Source: Octopus sinensis
Lineage: Eukaryota
Direction of reading: 5' to 3'
Assembly: GCF_006345805.1 (NCBI RefSeq)
Contig: NC_043000.1
Span: 2,976,001 to 3,040,000 of the forward strand
DNA: 64,000 nucleotides
Shown here: positions 24,600 through 38,147 of the stretch, one piece after another
Position numbering within the stretch: position 1 is the first letter of the stretch
Layout: each line of letters opens with the position of its first letter
Translations under genes and position numbers: made by a program
Notes under the pieces: generated by a model
Databases searched by the model: none
What the model was told of the DNA's origin: nothing
The model's input: only the letters and a program-made list of their open reading frames with translations

Positions 24600-25882
24600 T
24601 GAATTTAGCCTGACCAAATGCAAGCATGGAAAAGTTGAAGCTAAGATGATGATAATGCTGATGATGAAGATATAAAACTTGTTTGGAAACTGGTGAGGGT
24701 TGGTGATATGGAGGTCATCCAAGTGTAAAAAAAAATCTGCCTCAATGAATTCAGTTTGACCAAATGCAACCATGGAAAGGTGAAGCTAAAATGACTATGT
24801 TGATGATTATAACAATGTTAAATTCTGTGTGTGTGTGTGTGTGTGTGTGCACGCGTGTGTGCATGTGAGTGTGTGTATGCTGAAATAAGGTCTTAGTTGT
24901 ACTTTGGTATCATAACTCATGAAAGAAAAAGTATGTCTATTTAGAATTGTGAAGGGAGAAATAATCTGTTGCCCTCTCTTCTCATTTTTTTCCCCTACTC
25001 TGCTTCTGTGGGTGGCTGAAGTATGCTATTTTCGATATAAATTAGATGTGAGTTTAATTTTGAGCTTAGATTTTTTTTATGAGTTTAAAAGTATGTCAGT
25101 AATTCTCTTATTAGCGGCAGCAGATAGAGAAGTGCAATCGCCATCATCACTTGCTATAAATTACAGTTTGAAGTAGTCAGAAAATGGATTTAATCCTAAA
25201 CATAGCACCAAAAGAAAGAAAATTGCACAAAAAAAAAAAAAACGTCTTTGCCTCAAGGATAAAAGAAAAAAAAAGATAACCAAAAGAAATTTGTGCTATT
25301 TTATCCCCTTTAATTCTCTCTAATAGCTACATACAACTACACTCAGCTATGTGTAGTCACACACAGCTTCACACTGGTTATAAAATTTCCTTGAAATAGA
25401 ATTATTCTCGAAAAGTAATATTTGAATTCAATAGTCTTTTCAGGAGATTTAAAAGGGGTTGTCCATAAATACAACAGTTGGTTATATATAATTTCTTTTT
25501 ATTTTTTCCCCGGTGTTTACCATAAAAGACCACCCAACTCAATGGATCTTGCTGCTAATAATAATGCCGCAGTAAATTTCATGTTGTCACTATAATACAT
25601 TTCAAGCATAAATGTTCATAATTTTCCCTGTTCATTCATTTCCATGCTAGCATGTCTCAAATGAATGTCTTACTGTGGCACTGCTTTTTTTCCCTTTTTT
25701 GCAGTGAGACACCCTGTTGTTGCTAATCCACAGCTAATTTTCGTGTAAGGGATCTCTTATTTCATATGTCTGGAAAGGCATGAAGCAAATGGACAATTTA
25801 TTGACAGAAGTGACAACGACACTGTTTTCTAACAAGTGGCTTTCATAGAGCACCGATGTAATGAAACACACACACACGAATA

Positions 25883-25937
<55 letters not shown>

Positions 25938-26160
25938 TCATCATCATCATTTAATGTCTTTGTTTCCTGATGGCATGAATGAGTTGGATGGTTTGACAGA
26001 TCTAATGGCTTCAAGGACTGCATCAAGCTCCAAATATATAAATATATATATATGATAAATAATATCTTGGACTTTAACTGTTCTTTCTAGCATAAGGGAT
26101 TCCTATGATGGAAGCCTCTTAATGTGTTTTAATGTTCACTGTATTTTATATGAATATTTA

Positions 26161-26196
<36 letters not shown>

Positions 26197-26516
26197 TGTA
26201 TGTATGTATGTATATATGTATGTATACATAATGCATACATAATATCATGGAAAATCCTAGAAAATCCTAGAAAATCTGGGCCCCTACAACAACAGCAGCA
26301 AGCATATTGCAAGCTGTGCATGGCTGGATGGGCAAATATATTAAAGAACTCTCTCAACCCAGGGAACATCTTAAATTGGAAACAATTCAAATTTTGTATG
26401 AGTCCATACCTCATAGAATTCAAGCTGTAATTACTGCCAAAGGCGGTCCTACCCCATGTTAAAATAAATTTGTTTGAAATTTCAAGGTGTTTCCATTATT
26501 TTGTCCAATCCCTGTA

Positions 26517-26700
26517 GGTGCAGGAGAGCCTGTGTGGTAAGTAGCTTGCTTACCAACCACATAGTTCTGGGTTTGGTCCCACTGCTTGGCACCTTGGGCA
26601 AATGTCTTCTACTATAGTCTTGGGCCGACGAAAGCCTTGTAAGTGGATTTGGCAGATGGAAACTGAAAGAAGCCCATTGTGTATATATATATATATATAT
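26517..26700 (+). mobile_element. SINE family A head half
   Basis: Head through gaaagaagccc(TA)n, followed by a Helitron-like insert. Confidence 0.88.
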
Positions 26701-26703
26701 ATA

Positions 26704-26960
26704 TCTACTACATATGTGGGAAATTCTGTTTGTGGAGTTGTTAGCTAACTCCTCCTACATTGTTTTATCAGTTTTGATGAAACTTGACACGTAAGTAGAA
26801 CTCATGCCTGGAAACCTCATGGCATACTTAAATTGTTGAAAAAAATCGATAATAGGGCCCTTGAAAGGGGCCCTATTATCGAGTTTTATATTTAATATAT
26901 ATCTAATATATTTTATTTTAAAAACAAAGGGAAGTAACCCTTTCATTTTTCTAAATTATT
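26704..26960 (+). mobile_element. Non-autonomous Helitron-like 5' fragment
   Basis: Begins A|TCTACTACATA in a (TA)n tract; perfect 15-bp hairpin 26846-26882; shares aagggaagtaac with the Helitron at 11316. Confidence 0.55.
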
Positions 26961-27041
26961 TGGTAAAAATGAAATTGAGTAGACCTATCTCTTAGTATTT
27001 GAACTGTTAGAGTTATTTTCGCAATTTATCCAGTACAAGAC

Positions 27042-27268
27042 TTAACCCTTTAGTGTTCAGATTATTCAATCAAATATAATGCCTATTGATTCCCATTTAT
27101 TTGAATTAATCATGCATTATCTCATATCTTCAAGATCTTGATGGTGTAATTACTTAATGTAGAATAACATTGTAGGGTAGGTGTGAGAGCCTGGATCTGG
27201 TCAGTTTGAACATAAAACAGATTAAATATTTTGGCCGGATATGGCCGGTTTAAATACTAAAGGGTTAA
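27042..27268. mobile_element. TTAA-flanked MITE (piggyBac-like, family P1)
   Basis: TTAA-CCCTTTAGT ... ACTAAAGGG-TTAA. Confidence 0.85.
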
Positions 27269-28763
27269 ATAAATAGTATTTTCCTAAACAATAGATTCAC
27301 TTATTTCAGTTAGTGACTTATTCACGAATATACCAACACTAGTGCCTTTGAGGGTAATATTCTCTGTGAATGCACAAAAGCCTTTTTCAGAGTTATTTAC
27401 TTTCAATTGTTATTATCTCATATCTGATTAGCCTGTTATTATGTAACATGCTTCATGATTTTAGTATACATACCTTATTAGTATTTCCTCCTATGTTCTA
27501 TATACTCTTGGAATGCATTAAAGCCCTTTTCAGGGCTACTATATTTGACTTCTTACTATCAGGTAACTAATTTCATGTTATTACATAAATGACTTCACAG
27601 TTTGGGTAATCATAAAATGAGATCCTGTTTAAGACAATTTGGTATTCTCTGTAAATGCACAAAAACTGTTTTAAGGGCTACATACTTTGTATTGTTGTTA
27701 TTGGATTAGTGAAACAATTATGAGAATGGAAGCAAGGGATAAGCCCCACTTTCCCAGGAATGACTGGGTACGTCAGCTAGTTTATATATACGTATGTTTG
27801 TGTATCTGTGTTTGTCCTCCCCACCATTGCTTGACAACAAATGCTGGTGTGTTTATGTCCCCATAACTGATAGAATAAGTACTAGAGTTACAACGAATAT
27901 GTTCTGGGGTTGATTTGTTCAACTGAAGGCAGTGCTCCAGCCTGGCTGAAACAAATAAACAAGTAAAAGAGCATATAATAACTAGGATGTTGAAATAGAT
28001 AGATTGATTTGTGTCTGTATACACCACTGGTATGTTATAAATATAAATATTGTATCATTTTGTATGTATCAGCTACATGATAAGTACATACTACATACAC
28101 AGAGCTGTGCAGCAAACGTATCAATCTTATTTATTATAAAACATCACAAAATTATTAATTCCTACATATCTGAATGTGAATAAAAATGAATGGAAAATGT
28201 AAGAAAATTAAAATAGAAAGTAATAAAATCAATTTTTAATATAATTTCTATCAAATCAATAATGATTTTTTTTACTTTTAAGAATGAAAGGTGTTATTAT
28301 TCAGAACATTCTCTGAATGGAACTGAACAGAATTGCTGAAATGAATTGCTTTAAAAAAAATTAAGCTGAGCTGAAATGTATGTTGTAGAAGGATTGACGA
28401 CAATGAAGACAAAAATAAGAAAAGTGTGTAAGTTTGTCTTCTATTCCTAGCTGGTTTATTATAAGACATAGGGGGTCCCTTTTCATTTAGGGCATGCTAT
28501 TTGAGTGAAATTACTGAAATGAAAAGTGATGTAGACTTGACTGAAGCGTTTAATGGTTGATGAAAGAACTACTTTATAAGAAACAAATATTAATTGGATT
28601 TCATTGATAAATGTTCATAGATAAGTAAAAAGTAGTCCATAGTGAAAGAAAAGTATTTGTCATTGGAAGGAATGCATCTGTTATGTGATTACTGGAAGTA
28701 AAGAAGATGTGTATTTCAAAAAAAAAAAAAAATTGTAGCGTATCTATGAAATAAAAATAGAGA

Positions 28764-29172
28764 GGCACAGGAGTGGCTGTGTGGTAAGTAGTTTGCTTAC
28801 CAACCACATGGTTCCGGGTTCAGTCCCACTGCGTGGCATCTTGGGCAAGTGTCTTCTGCTATAGCCCCGGGCCGACCAATGCCTTGTGAGTGGATTTGGT
28901 AGACGGAAACTGAAAGAAGCCTGTCATATATATGTATATATATATGTATGTGTGTGTATATGTTCGTGTGTCTGTGTTTGTCCCTCTAGCATTGCTTGAC
29001 AACCGATGCTGGTGTGTTTACATCCCCGTCACTTAGCGGTTCGGCAAAAGAGACCGATAGAATAAGTACTGGGCTTACAAAAGAATACGTCCCAGTGTCG
29101 ATTTGCTCGATTAAAGGCGGTGCTCCAGCATGGCCGCAGTCAAATGACTGAAAGAAGTAAAAGAGTAAACGA
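28764..29172 (+). mobile_element. SINE family A, full length, near consensus
   Basis: Retains many CpGs; (AAAGAGT)n-like tail. Confidence 0.95.
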
Positions 29173-29499
29173 GTATAAGTAATATTGAAAATAAACACAA
29201 GTAAGTAGTGTTAATATTTTGATTAACCCTTCCTGTCTGTTGAGAAGGTAGAGGGCTTTTGAAATCAATACAGAAATGCTAATATGGTTGCATATGCTTG
29301 GTGCTACTATATGAGCATGAAGAGGAGGTTATGTATGATATGCTCTAGGATTTTTTAAAGAACATAGCAGATGCTTAGACCAGTCAAAGTAACATAATGG
29401 AATCACTTTGGGATGACTCAAAAGCCCGTGTAAATCTTTGATTCCAAGAAATGATTTTGAGGTTTATCTGTAAGAACATCAATTGTATTCACTTAGTCA

Positions 29500-29970
29500 G
29501 ATATGTGCTGGAAAGGCACCATTCGAGCATGATCGTGACCAGTGTCGCCTTACTGGCATTCGAGCCCCGTGCTAGTAGGATATTAAGAGCACCATCTGAG
29601 CGTGATCATTGCCAGAGCGGCTATCTGGCCTCTGTGCCAGTGGCATGTAAAAGACACCATTCGAGTGTGATCATTACCAGCATCACCTTTCTGGCACCTG
29701 TGATGGTGGCACATCATCATCATCATCGTGTAAAAATATTCGAGCGAGGTCGTTACCAGTACCGCCTGACTAGCCCCCATGCCAGTGGCATGTAAAAGCA
29801 TCCACTACACTCTCAGAGTAGTTGGCGTTAGGAAGGGCATCCAGCTGTAGAAACTCTGCCAGATCAAGATTGAAGCCTGGTGCAGCCATCTGGTTTGCCA
29901 GCCCTCAATCAATCATCCAACCCATGCTAGCATGGAAAGCGGATGTTAAACGATGATGATGATGATGATG
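29500..29970 (+). mobile_element. Family C retroposon, ~5 internal units
   Basis: Repeated aaaagcaccattcgag units then gttggcgttaggaagggcatccagctgtagaaac and (GAT)n tail. Confidence 0.85.
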
Positions 29971-31636
29971 AATTCAGTACAGTAACAAAGCTGCCATTCT
30001 TTATTCCTACCTTTATTTTTCTTAACTAAATATAAGATCATTTGTTGACCTGTGTTATACTGTAATATAGAATAGTCTCATGATTTCCTAACTTCATTTT
30101 CAAATATGTGACTCATGAAGGAATGGCTGTGTGGTTGAGCAGTTTGCTTCCCAACCACATGGCTTCAGGTTCTGTCCCATTGCATGCTACCTTAAGCAAG
30201 CGTCTTCTACTATCACTTGAAGTCAACCAAAGCCTTATGAATAGATTTGGTAAATGGAAACTGAAAGAAGCCTATTGTAGCCTGTTGTGAATGTATGTGT
30301 GTGTGTGTGTGTGCGTGCATGCATGTGTGTGTGATAATGATGATGATGAAAATTATCTCAATGGTCATTCTGCATACTGAATGTAGGTAGTGGGCCTGGG
30401 TCTCACTTATGTAATGTAGGGAGAACAATCAGAACTCCTCCGATATAAATTGTCTATGTTGTCCAATAATTTCAATTGGATAATCTTATTGAAGTTATCA
30501 TTCCTACATAGAGGAAGTTCTTGCCTACTAATTGCTTAGGCAATCACAATTGATCAAGGTTTTCCAACACACTATGTGACATTTGTGATACCCTGCCATA
30601 CTTCTTTTCAATTGACAAGAGATTTTGCAGAGAGGAAGCAAAAGTTTGGAGAGATGCATCTATTACACTGTGAAGGGATGAAACATTAGTTAACACATGT
30701 AGTAGAACTTCAGGTAACACAGGTGAGAGAAAGAGGAAGGTAATAACTATCTAAGTTTTAAGCTGGTGAATAACATCTATGTATCTCTTTTGCAATGTAA
30801 AATTACGAGTAAATAGGGGTTAAATTAGTTCTGAGGAAGGAGACACCCATTTAGAGTAGCAATAAAACATACCTAGTAATCATTGTAATTATTTAGCATT
30901 GATATATTGTTGGGCGCTCAATGAAGGGGTTGTGATCTTTCTGGATTTGGTTGTGGAGAATTATCTTCTATTCTGTATTTTAAGTAACAAATTAATGCTT
31001 GGCAGAGAAGATATTTGTCACTGGCCAATGTAATGATAGGTAAATTCTGTCAAATTCCCATCATGCACCTCAGTAGTTTTGTTAACGACGACAACAACAA
31101 TAACATCGTTAACACAGGTGTACATTCCTTTGATTTTATTGTTGGTGACTATAATATCCATCACTCTTTGAAAAGCACTTATGACATTAGTCACACCAAA
31201 GGAGAACCTTTTAAACTGGAATATGCATCAATCAGCTTGAGATGCAGTTTATCTCTCATCGTTATTATTATGGAACAGAATCTAATGGTATGCTGCTTTC
31301 AGATACAGTTTTCTGTAGAATTTATTGCAGGAAATTGAATCTATTAGAACTTAATATAGGGAAGTGAGTAAGTAGTAAGGATTTTTTTTTGTGTGTGATT
31401 AGTTGATAATAAGGTGTTGTTTACAACAGATTTTTGTTACTACTATTTGTGCTTGCCATAGAGAAACCAAGATCTCAGTATTTGTGTCTAGCACAGGCAC
31501 AAATTATTCTCAGTACTTTCACACGGATTTGGTTGGCTTAAGGTTATAGTAGAAGACACTTGCCTGAGGTGACATACAGTAGAACTGAACATGGAACCAT
31601 GGGGTTGGGATGCAAGTTTCCCAACCATGTCATTAG

Positions 31637-31905
31637 AGAGACCTGCATGGGGTGGATGCAGATGTCTTTAAAATAAAACTGGATCTCTTCCTGTCAGGTG
31701 TCCCAGATGAACCAACTTCACGGCAGGAGGTGCAGATGAGGGCAGCTGCATCAAACTCTCTCATACACCAAATGTCAATTGCTAAAAAGCATTCGTGAAG
31801 TAAAATCATGTAGCAACACCGAATGGCAGTGCCCCAGCATGGCCACAGCTCGTGAGCTGAAACTAGATAAAATAAAAAAATAAAAATAAAAAATAAAAAT
31901 GAAAA
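31637..31905 (+). mobile_element. CR1/L2-group LINE 3' end
   Basis: Frame 31637-31798: RDLHGVDADVFKIKLDLFLSGVPDEPTSRQEVQMRAAASNSLIHQMS; 3'UTR ggcagtgccccagcatggccacagctcgtgagctgaaac + (AAAAAT)n. Confidence 0.85.
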
Positions 31906-32012
31906 AAAAATTAGTCATAATATTTGAAAATGATGTTAGAAACCTGTGAACTTTTTTTTACTTTGTGGTTATTTTACATTGAACACAGACTGACAAATGG
32001 TCTCATTCATAT

Positions 32013-32474
32013 TTAACCCTTAAGCATTCAAACTGGCCATATCCACCCCAAATATTCTACTTGTTTTATGTTCAAATCAGCCAGTTCTGGCCTCTCGCTC
32101 CTAACCTACAATGCCATTCTAAAAATAAAACAATCGCAACATTGAAATCTCAAAATTATGACTCACAAAACAATGTGAACAAATAAGCATTGCATTTGAC
32201 AGATTAATCTTATTTCTTTACTACCCACAAGGGGCTAAACATAGAAGGGACAAACAAGGACAGACAGAGTGGTTAAGTCGATTACATCGACCCCAGTGTG
32301 TAACTGGTACTTAATTTATTGACCCCGAAAGGATGAAAGGCAAAGTCGAACTCAGCGGAATTTGAACTCAGAACGTTAAGACAGACGAAATACCGCCAAG
32401 CATTTCGCCCGGCATGCTAACGTTTCTGCCAGCTTGCCGCTTTTGACAGAGTAATCTGAGTGCTAAAAGGTTAA
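32013..32474. mobile_element. TTAA-flanked MITE (P1) with nested SINE B (32211-32441, -)
   Basis: TTAA-cccttaagcatt ... tgctaaaagg-TTAA; SINE B flanked by near-TSD tttgacaga(t/g)taatct. Confidence 0.82.
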
Positions 32475-33159
32475 TTACAAAAGAAAAAGAGAGAAAAAAA
32501 CAGGGAATAATAATCTCTTTTGTTCATGTATCAAATTGTCTCTATATTGAACACCTCAAAACACATGTAGCCAGGATGAAAAGCAAAGTTAGCTTCTGAA
32601 GGATTTGAACTCTGTGAACAGCTGTAACTATATACTGCAAAGTCTTTTGTCCAACTCTCTAATTATCCTACCAATCCAGCACCCTTCAATAATACCATAA
32701 CCAATAAACCATTTTTTTTCTTTTTATCCATTTCATCAAATGGAGAAAGACGGTGAGGTTTAATAGCAGTTGCTTTCAAAGCATTATGTAGGTGAGGGAA
32801 AATCTGAAGGGTGAAATAATCCTTTCTACTAAAGGCACAAGTCCTGAAATTTATGGGGTGTGACCAGTGAATTACATTGATCCCAATATATGACTGATAA
32901 TTAATTTATCGACCCTGAAAGGATGAAAGGCAAAGTCGACCTTAGTGGAATTTGAACTCAAAACATAGACAGATGAAATGCCTTTAAGCATTTTGTCCAG
33001 CATGTTAATGATTCTGCCAGCTCGCTGCCTTCTGAAGGGGGAAATAACAGAAACAGGTTGAGCGAAAATAAAATCTTTTAAATAATCCTCTGAATTTTAT
33101 AAATAGGCATAGGCATGGCCGTGTGGTTGAGAAGCTTCCTTCCCAAGAGGCAAGAAGTT

Positions 33160-33420
33160 AAACCCTAAGTAAGGCATGTGTAAAATTTGAATGAAATTGG
33201 TTGTATAGTTCTCAAGTTTTAGGGAATCAGGGTGGAGAAGATATGATATTGCTGTGGGCTCGCCCTAGGCAAAAAGTTAAACATTTTTGCTGATGACACT
33301 CCCCGGACCCTAAGTAAGGCATGTGTGAAATTTGAATGAAATTGGTTGTGTAGTTCTCAAGTTTTAGGGAAACACACAGACAGACAGACAGACACACATT
33401 CTCAGTTTTATATATATAGA
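33160..33420 (-). mobile_element. Non-autonomous Helitron 5' portion with internal direct repeat
   Basis: Minus strand begins A|TCTATATATATAAAACTGAGAATG; ~63-bp repeat at 33163-33225 and 33308-33370; 3' CTAG end not seen. Confidence 0.7.
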
Positions 33421-34330
33421 TTACATGATGAGATTCTGTAAATAAATGAATTATTAATGTTCTTTGTTCCTGATATAGATCAAGAATTACAACCTGAAAT
33501 TTCCAGTCATTGGACTGCAGTCATGCTGGGGGAAACACCTTGAAGGGTTTTAGTCAAACTAATTAACCCTAGTAGTTATTTTTAAAGTCTCATACATTAT
33601 CAGTTCTCTTTTGACAAACTGCTAAGTTATAACGATGAAGTAAACCAACTCCAGTTGTCAAGTGGTATTGGGGACAAACAGACAAAACACACACATGTGC
33701 GCACACACACACACATACACGTATATTTGAAAGGCTTCCACAGTGTCAGTCTACCAAATTCACTCACAAGGCATTGATCAGCTCAGAGCAATAGTAAAAA
33801 AACACTTACCCAAATGCTGCACATTGGGACTGAACCCAGAACCATGTAGTTGCAACGCAAACATCTTAACCATACACCTGATGCAATCAAGGATAACTAT
33901 TGTAGTATTTCAGTTGATGTAATCTGCAATGTGGCTGAAGACTGAAGGTGAAATGGATAAAGATAGCAGGCAAAATGTGTCTATATTCTTCAGCTGAAGC
34001 TAAGAGTTTGAAAACAATGTTTAAAACAGTAATTTCCCAGTGTGCCTACTTTGAGCTCAGAACTGATGAAATGCCATCAAACTGATGTCTTATCAGAAAT
34101 TTTCTCCTCATTGGTCTTTCTGTTATTGTTATATTCCATTGAAGAAAGTCATATTCTGAAGTAGTTCCTGGTTAAACTTGTGAAAATATTTTCGTGTTTG
34201 AGTGGAAGAATGTCCAGTTAACATATTGCAGATGGTGGCTGCTTGCCTTCAACTAACGTACACCATAAAACACCTTCCATTTATTTTTTATTTCATTCCC
34301 TGACACTTATCCTTCTACCTAACTATTTGA

Positions 34331-34366
34331 CTCTCTGAGGAAGAGCTTAAGCTCAAAATGTCAAAG
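34331..34366 (+). ncRNA. Degenerate minimal type-I hammerhead ribozyme motif
   Basis: CUCU-CUGAGGA-A-GAGC(uuaa)GCUC-AAAA-U-GUC-AAAG; G12A and C15.2U are both explained by CpG decay of ctcgaaacgtc. Confidence 0.4.
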
Positions 34367-34564
34367 ACACTTCTACTTACTTACCTCTCATTGAACTTTG
34401 TTCTCTCTAGGGTTTGCCTGTTGTTCTTGTCATAATTTTTGCATATACATATATATATATACATACTCAAGCACATGTGTGATTCTTGTAGATATCTTTA
34501 TCATTACAATATATACATGTACATTGTCATGTGTGTGTGTATCATATATATACATATATGTCAT

Positions 34565-34605
<41 letters not shown>

Positions 34606-35386
34606 TTTTATATATTGCAACACTATTATTCCTGTATATCTCTGTAGCATTTATATGGAATCCTATCTTTGTTTTCAATCCTTTACTCTGCATAATAACC
34701 TTTTACAGAGTATTGCATTTGGATCATTTTACCAGTTCTACTAGAGATTATTATTTTTCATTTGAATCACATTATAAGATGATCTTATTTTCTTTTATTC
34801 TTGAGAATAATATTTTGTCAATTTTGCTATATCTTTATCCGTGCGATCTGTAATATTCTGTAGATAATATAGTTATAATGTTATATTTATAGCATTTTTA
34901 TCACCAATGTTTTCTGCCAGGCTTCTATAATTCCAGTGTTTGATGTTTTCAGATTTATTCTGTCTGACTATATATATTACATTTAAATTAAGACTCAGTA
35001 ATCAGAATGATGAGTTTTACAATAAGTTATTTGTTTATATTGTTTAGCTTTCACTTTTCATGCTAGTATGGTGTAGATGGGAAATGAGTTGAGACAACAT
35101 TTTTAGGGCCATGGACAGATGCTTTTCCTAAAGCCAACTGTTAGCTATTTTTCAAGTAGGGGATTTTTTTTTTCTATTACAGGGGAATTTGAAAGCATAG
35201 AGATAGAGGATGACTTGTCAACAGCAAATGACGACAAACACCATCAGTTACAGACAGAGATGTTGCTGTTTGTAGTTTGTAAGCATTCACACATGCACAG
35301 ATGCTTGTGTGCACACTCATACACAAACATACACACACGCAGAGTCCACATCTATACACATTTCTTTCTGGTCAACCTAGGGCTCT

Positions 35387-35640
35387 TCATCATCATCATC
35401 ATCATCATCATCATCGTTTAACATCCGTTTTCCATGCTAGCATGGGTTGGACTGTTCGACCAGGGTCTGGGAAGCCTGGAGGCTGCACCAGGCTCCAGTT
35501 TGATCTGGCAGTGTTTCTACAGCTGGATGCCCTTCCTAACGCCAACCACTCAGTGAGTGTAGTGGGTGCCCAGTCGAGGCGGCACTGGCAACGGATGGTG
35601 CTTTTTATGTGCCACCAGCACTGGTATCACAACTACAATT
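35387..35640 (-). mobile_element. Family C retroposon
   Basis: (CAT)n-cgtttaacatccgttttccatgctagcatgggttgg...gcccttcctaacgccaacc. Confidence 0.85.
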
Positions 35641-35899
35641 TTCATTGATTTTTTGATTGATTTCGATTTCACTTGCCTCAACAGGTCTTCGCAAGCAGAG
35701 TTTTGTGTCCAATGGCTACATCCCAGGTAAAGGCCCCGGGTTATAGTCTCACTCTTATAGAAAGCATTTGCTCAAGGTTGGACATAATAGAAAACATTTG
35801 CTCAAGGTCACTTGAGGTTGCAGTTGGACTAAACCTTAAGTTACATGATTCAGGAGCAAACTTCTTAACCACAGAGTCACGTCATCCCCTGGCTACATA

Positions 35900-36262
35900 T
35901 CATCATCATCATCATCATCATCGTTTAACGTCCGTTCTCCATGCTAGCATGGGTTGGACGGTTCGACTGGGGATCTGGGAAGCCAGAAGGCTGTACCAGG
36001 CTCCAGTCTTGATCTGGCAGAGTTTCTACAGCTGCATGCCCTTCCTAACGCCAACCACTCCGTGAGTGTAGTGGGTGCTTTTTACGTGCCACCTGCACAG
36101 GTGCCAGGCGAGGCTGGCAACAGCCACGGCCAGATTGGTGTATTTTACGTGCCACCGGCACGGAAGCCAGTCGAGGCGGCGCTGGCATCGGCCACGAGTC
36201 GGATAGTGCTTTTTACGTACCATCCGACTCATGGCCGATGCCAGCGCCGCCTCGACTGGCTT
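35900..36262 (-). mobile_element. Family C retroposon, 3 internal units
   Basis: Units at ~36073, 36137, 36204. Confidence 0.88.
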
Positions 36263-36475
36263 TGCATATCTCTTTGCATATTCAAATTTTTTTTATTCTG
36301 TTACATTAAACATTTTCCATTTCTTCCAGTTGGAATGTCATTGGTCATGCATTGGGATCAAGAATCTTTCAGTCTCGACTCAGACCAATGGCATTCTTCT
36401 GAACTTGTGCTGAGTTGTTTCCTGTTTATTTTCATCTCTGCTCAGTCATGGCAAGATATTAGCAATGCAATGGTG

Positions 36476-36731
36476 TAGTGGTTGTCAACCATTTTTTGCC
36501 TATGAACCTCTTGAATTCCTATTTTATTCAGGGGTAGATCCTCAAAGCCATTCAATGTCAAAAAACTCCCATTATTATTTTTTTATGATTAAATATTACT
36601 AGGAATTATATTAAAAAACATTTGAGTATTTTGTGTATTGTGAAAATATAACCAGTTTATTACTCATACATTTTAACAACAAAATCTTATATGGAACTTC
36701 AAGGGCCATATAGACCCCAATTGAGAACCAG
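36476..36731. mobile_element. hAT/Charlie-like MITE
   Basis: Ends tagtggttgtcaacc ... aattgagaacca; second copy at ~45160-45392 (gaccccagttgagaatcactg). Confidence 0.6.
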
Positions 36732-37233
36732 AGAAACAGAACTAGTCATGTGCTGCCTAGGCGACCCTTGAGTTTGTTGTCCTTCTCCTACCATCTTCCA
36801 AGTCTATCTAGGCTTATATAGCTGACCCCAAACTGCTGCTCTCATAAAAGCATGGCCCATGGCTATACTGCTCTAGCCAACGTGAGTGCCACCTGAGACA
36901 ACCCTTGAGTTTGCCACTTCCCGACTGCTGGGCTTCTAACTGTATAGAAGCTTATACAGAAGACCCAAAACTGTCACTCACTCATAAGAGTACCATCCAG
37001 CACTACACTACTGTAATTAAAGTATGTGATGCTCCCCCAAAAACAGTATAATCCTGGGCTCTGCTACTATTACTAGAGTATGTGCTGCCAGGGACAGCAT
37101 CTAAGTTTACTGCCCCAACTCAGGCCTCCAAGCTGAAACAGGCTTAAACTACAGGCTCAAATGTGCTGTCCCCACAAAAGCATTGCTCAAGGCTATGCTA
37201 TTGTAACTAAGTAGGAAGTTCCTTGCCACATCT

Positions 37234-37461
37234 TTAACCCCTTCGTTACTGTATTTATTTTGAGATGCTCTGTGTTTCTTTCAATTACTTTCAATATAAC
37301 AAAGAATTTAGTAAAGTAACTTAGTTATCATTCAGCTAGTGTTAGGAATGTAAATTGTGACTAAGGTTTGGTGGAAGATTTTAATTCAAAACTCATGAAA
37401 ACAAGACATTTGTACTCAGAGCCAGAGCCAGTTTCAGCCGGGTTGGTATCAAAAGGGTTAA
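37234..37461. mobile_element. TTAA-flanked MITE (piggyBac-like, family P2)
   Basis: TTAA-ccccttcgttact ... atcaaaaggg-TTAA; similar copy at 45545-45772. Confidence 0.8.
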
Positions 37462-37845
37462 TATGACATTTTGGTATTGGTAGTAATTGGTTTATTATCA
37501 CATATACTTTAAATTCTTAATCGTACAAGTGTCAGATTTGATTTCCATTCTAATCGGTAAGTTATCTTCAAGCTGAGCCGACCAACAGGAAACCTAGGGG
37601 TAGACCAAGAGTAAGATGGTTGGATGATATCCATAGTCTCAGTTGATCATGCTTGGGAATTCAGTCAGAAGATCTAATGACAGTTGCTTCTGATAGAACC
37701 ATATGAAGGAGGTGCCTAGGGATTCTACCCCATGCTCCTCACAAGAATAGTGAGTAAAGAAGGTGGATGGATGGATGGATGGAGGGATAGATGGATGGGT
37801 TTAATTATGACAATTTCATAATACATGGGTTACCCTAGATTTCAA

Positions 37846-38147
37846 TGGCACATGGCTTAGTGGTTAAAGTATTCAGCTCATGACTGTAAGATCGTGTGTT
37901 CAATTCCTGGCAGTGCATTGTGATCTTGAGCAAGGCACTTTATTTTATGTTGCGCCAGTCCGCTCAGCTGGCAAAATGAGTAGTACCTGTATTTCAAAGG
38001 GCCAGCCTTGTCATATTCTGTGTCACACTGAATCTCCCTAAGAGTATGCATGTCTGTGGAGTACTCAGCCACTTGCATGTTAATTTCAGTCAGGTTGTTC
38101 CATTGATTGGATCATTTGGAAGTCTTGTTGTAACCAACAGAGTGCCA
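37846..38147 (+). mobile_element. SINE family E head + tail Y
   Basis: TGGCTTAGTGG A box, GTTCAATTCC B box, cttgagcaaggcacttt, then tacctgtatttcaaagggccagccttgtc...ctgtggagtactcagccac. Confidence 0.82.

Noticed and set aside
31015-31338. 107-aa ORF with FIVGDYNIHH (AP-endonuclease-like motif)
   Set aside because: Single short motif without the other endonuclease blocks
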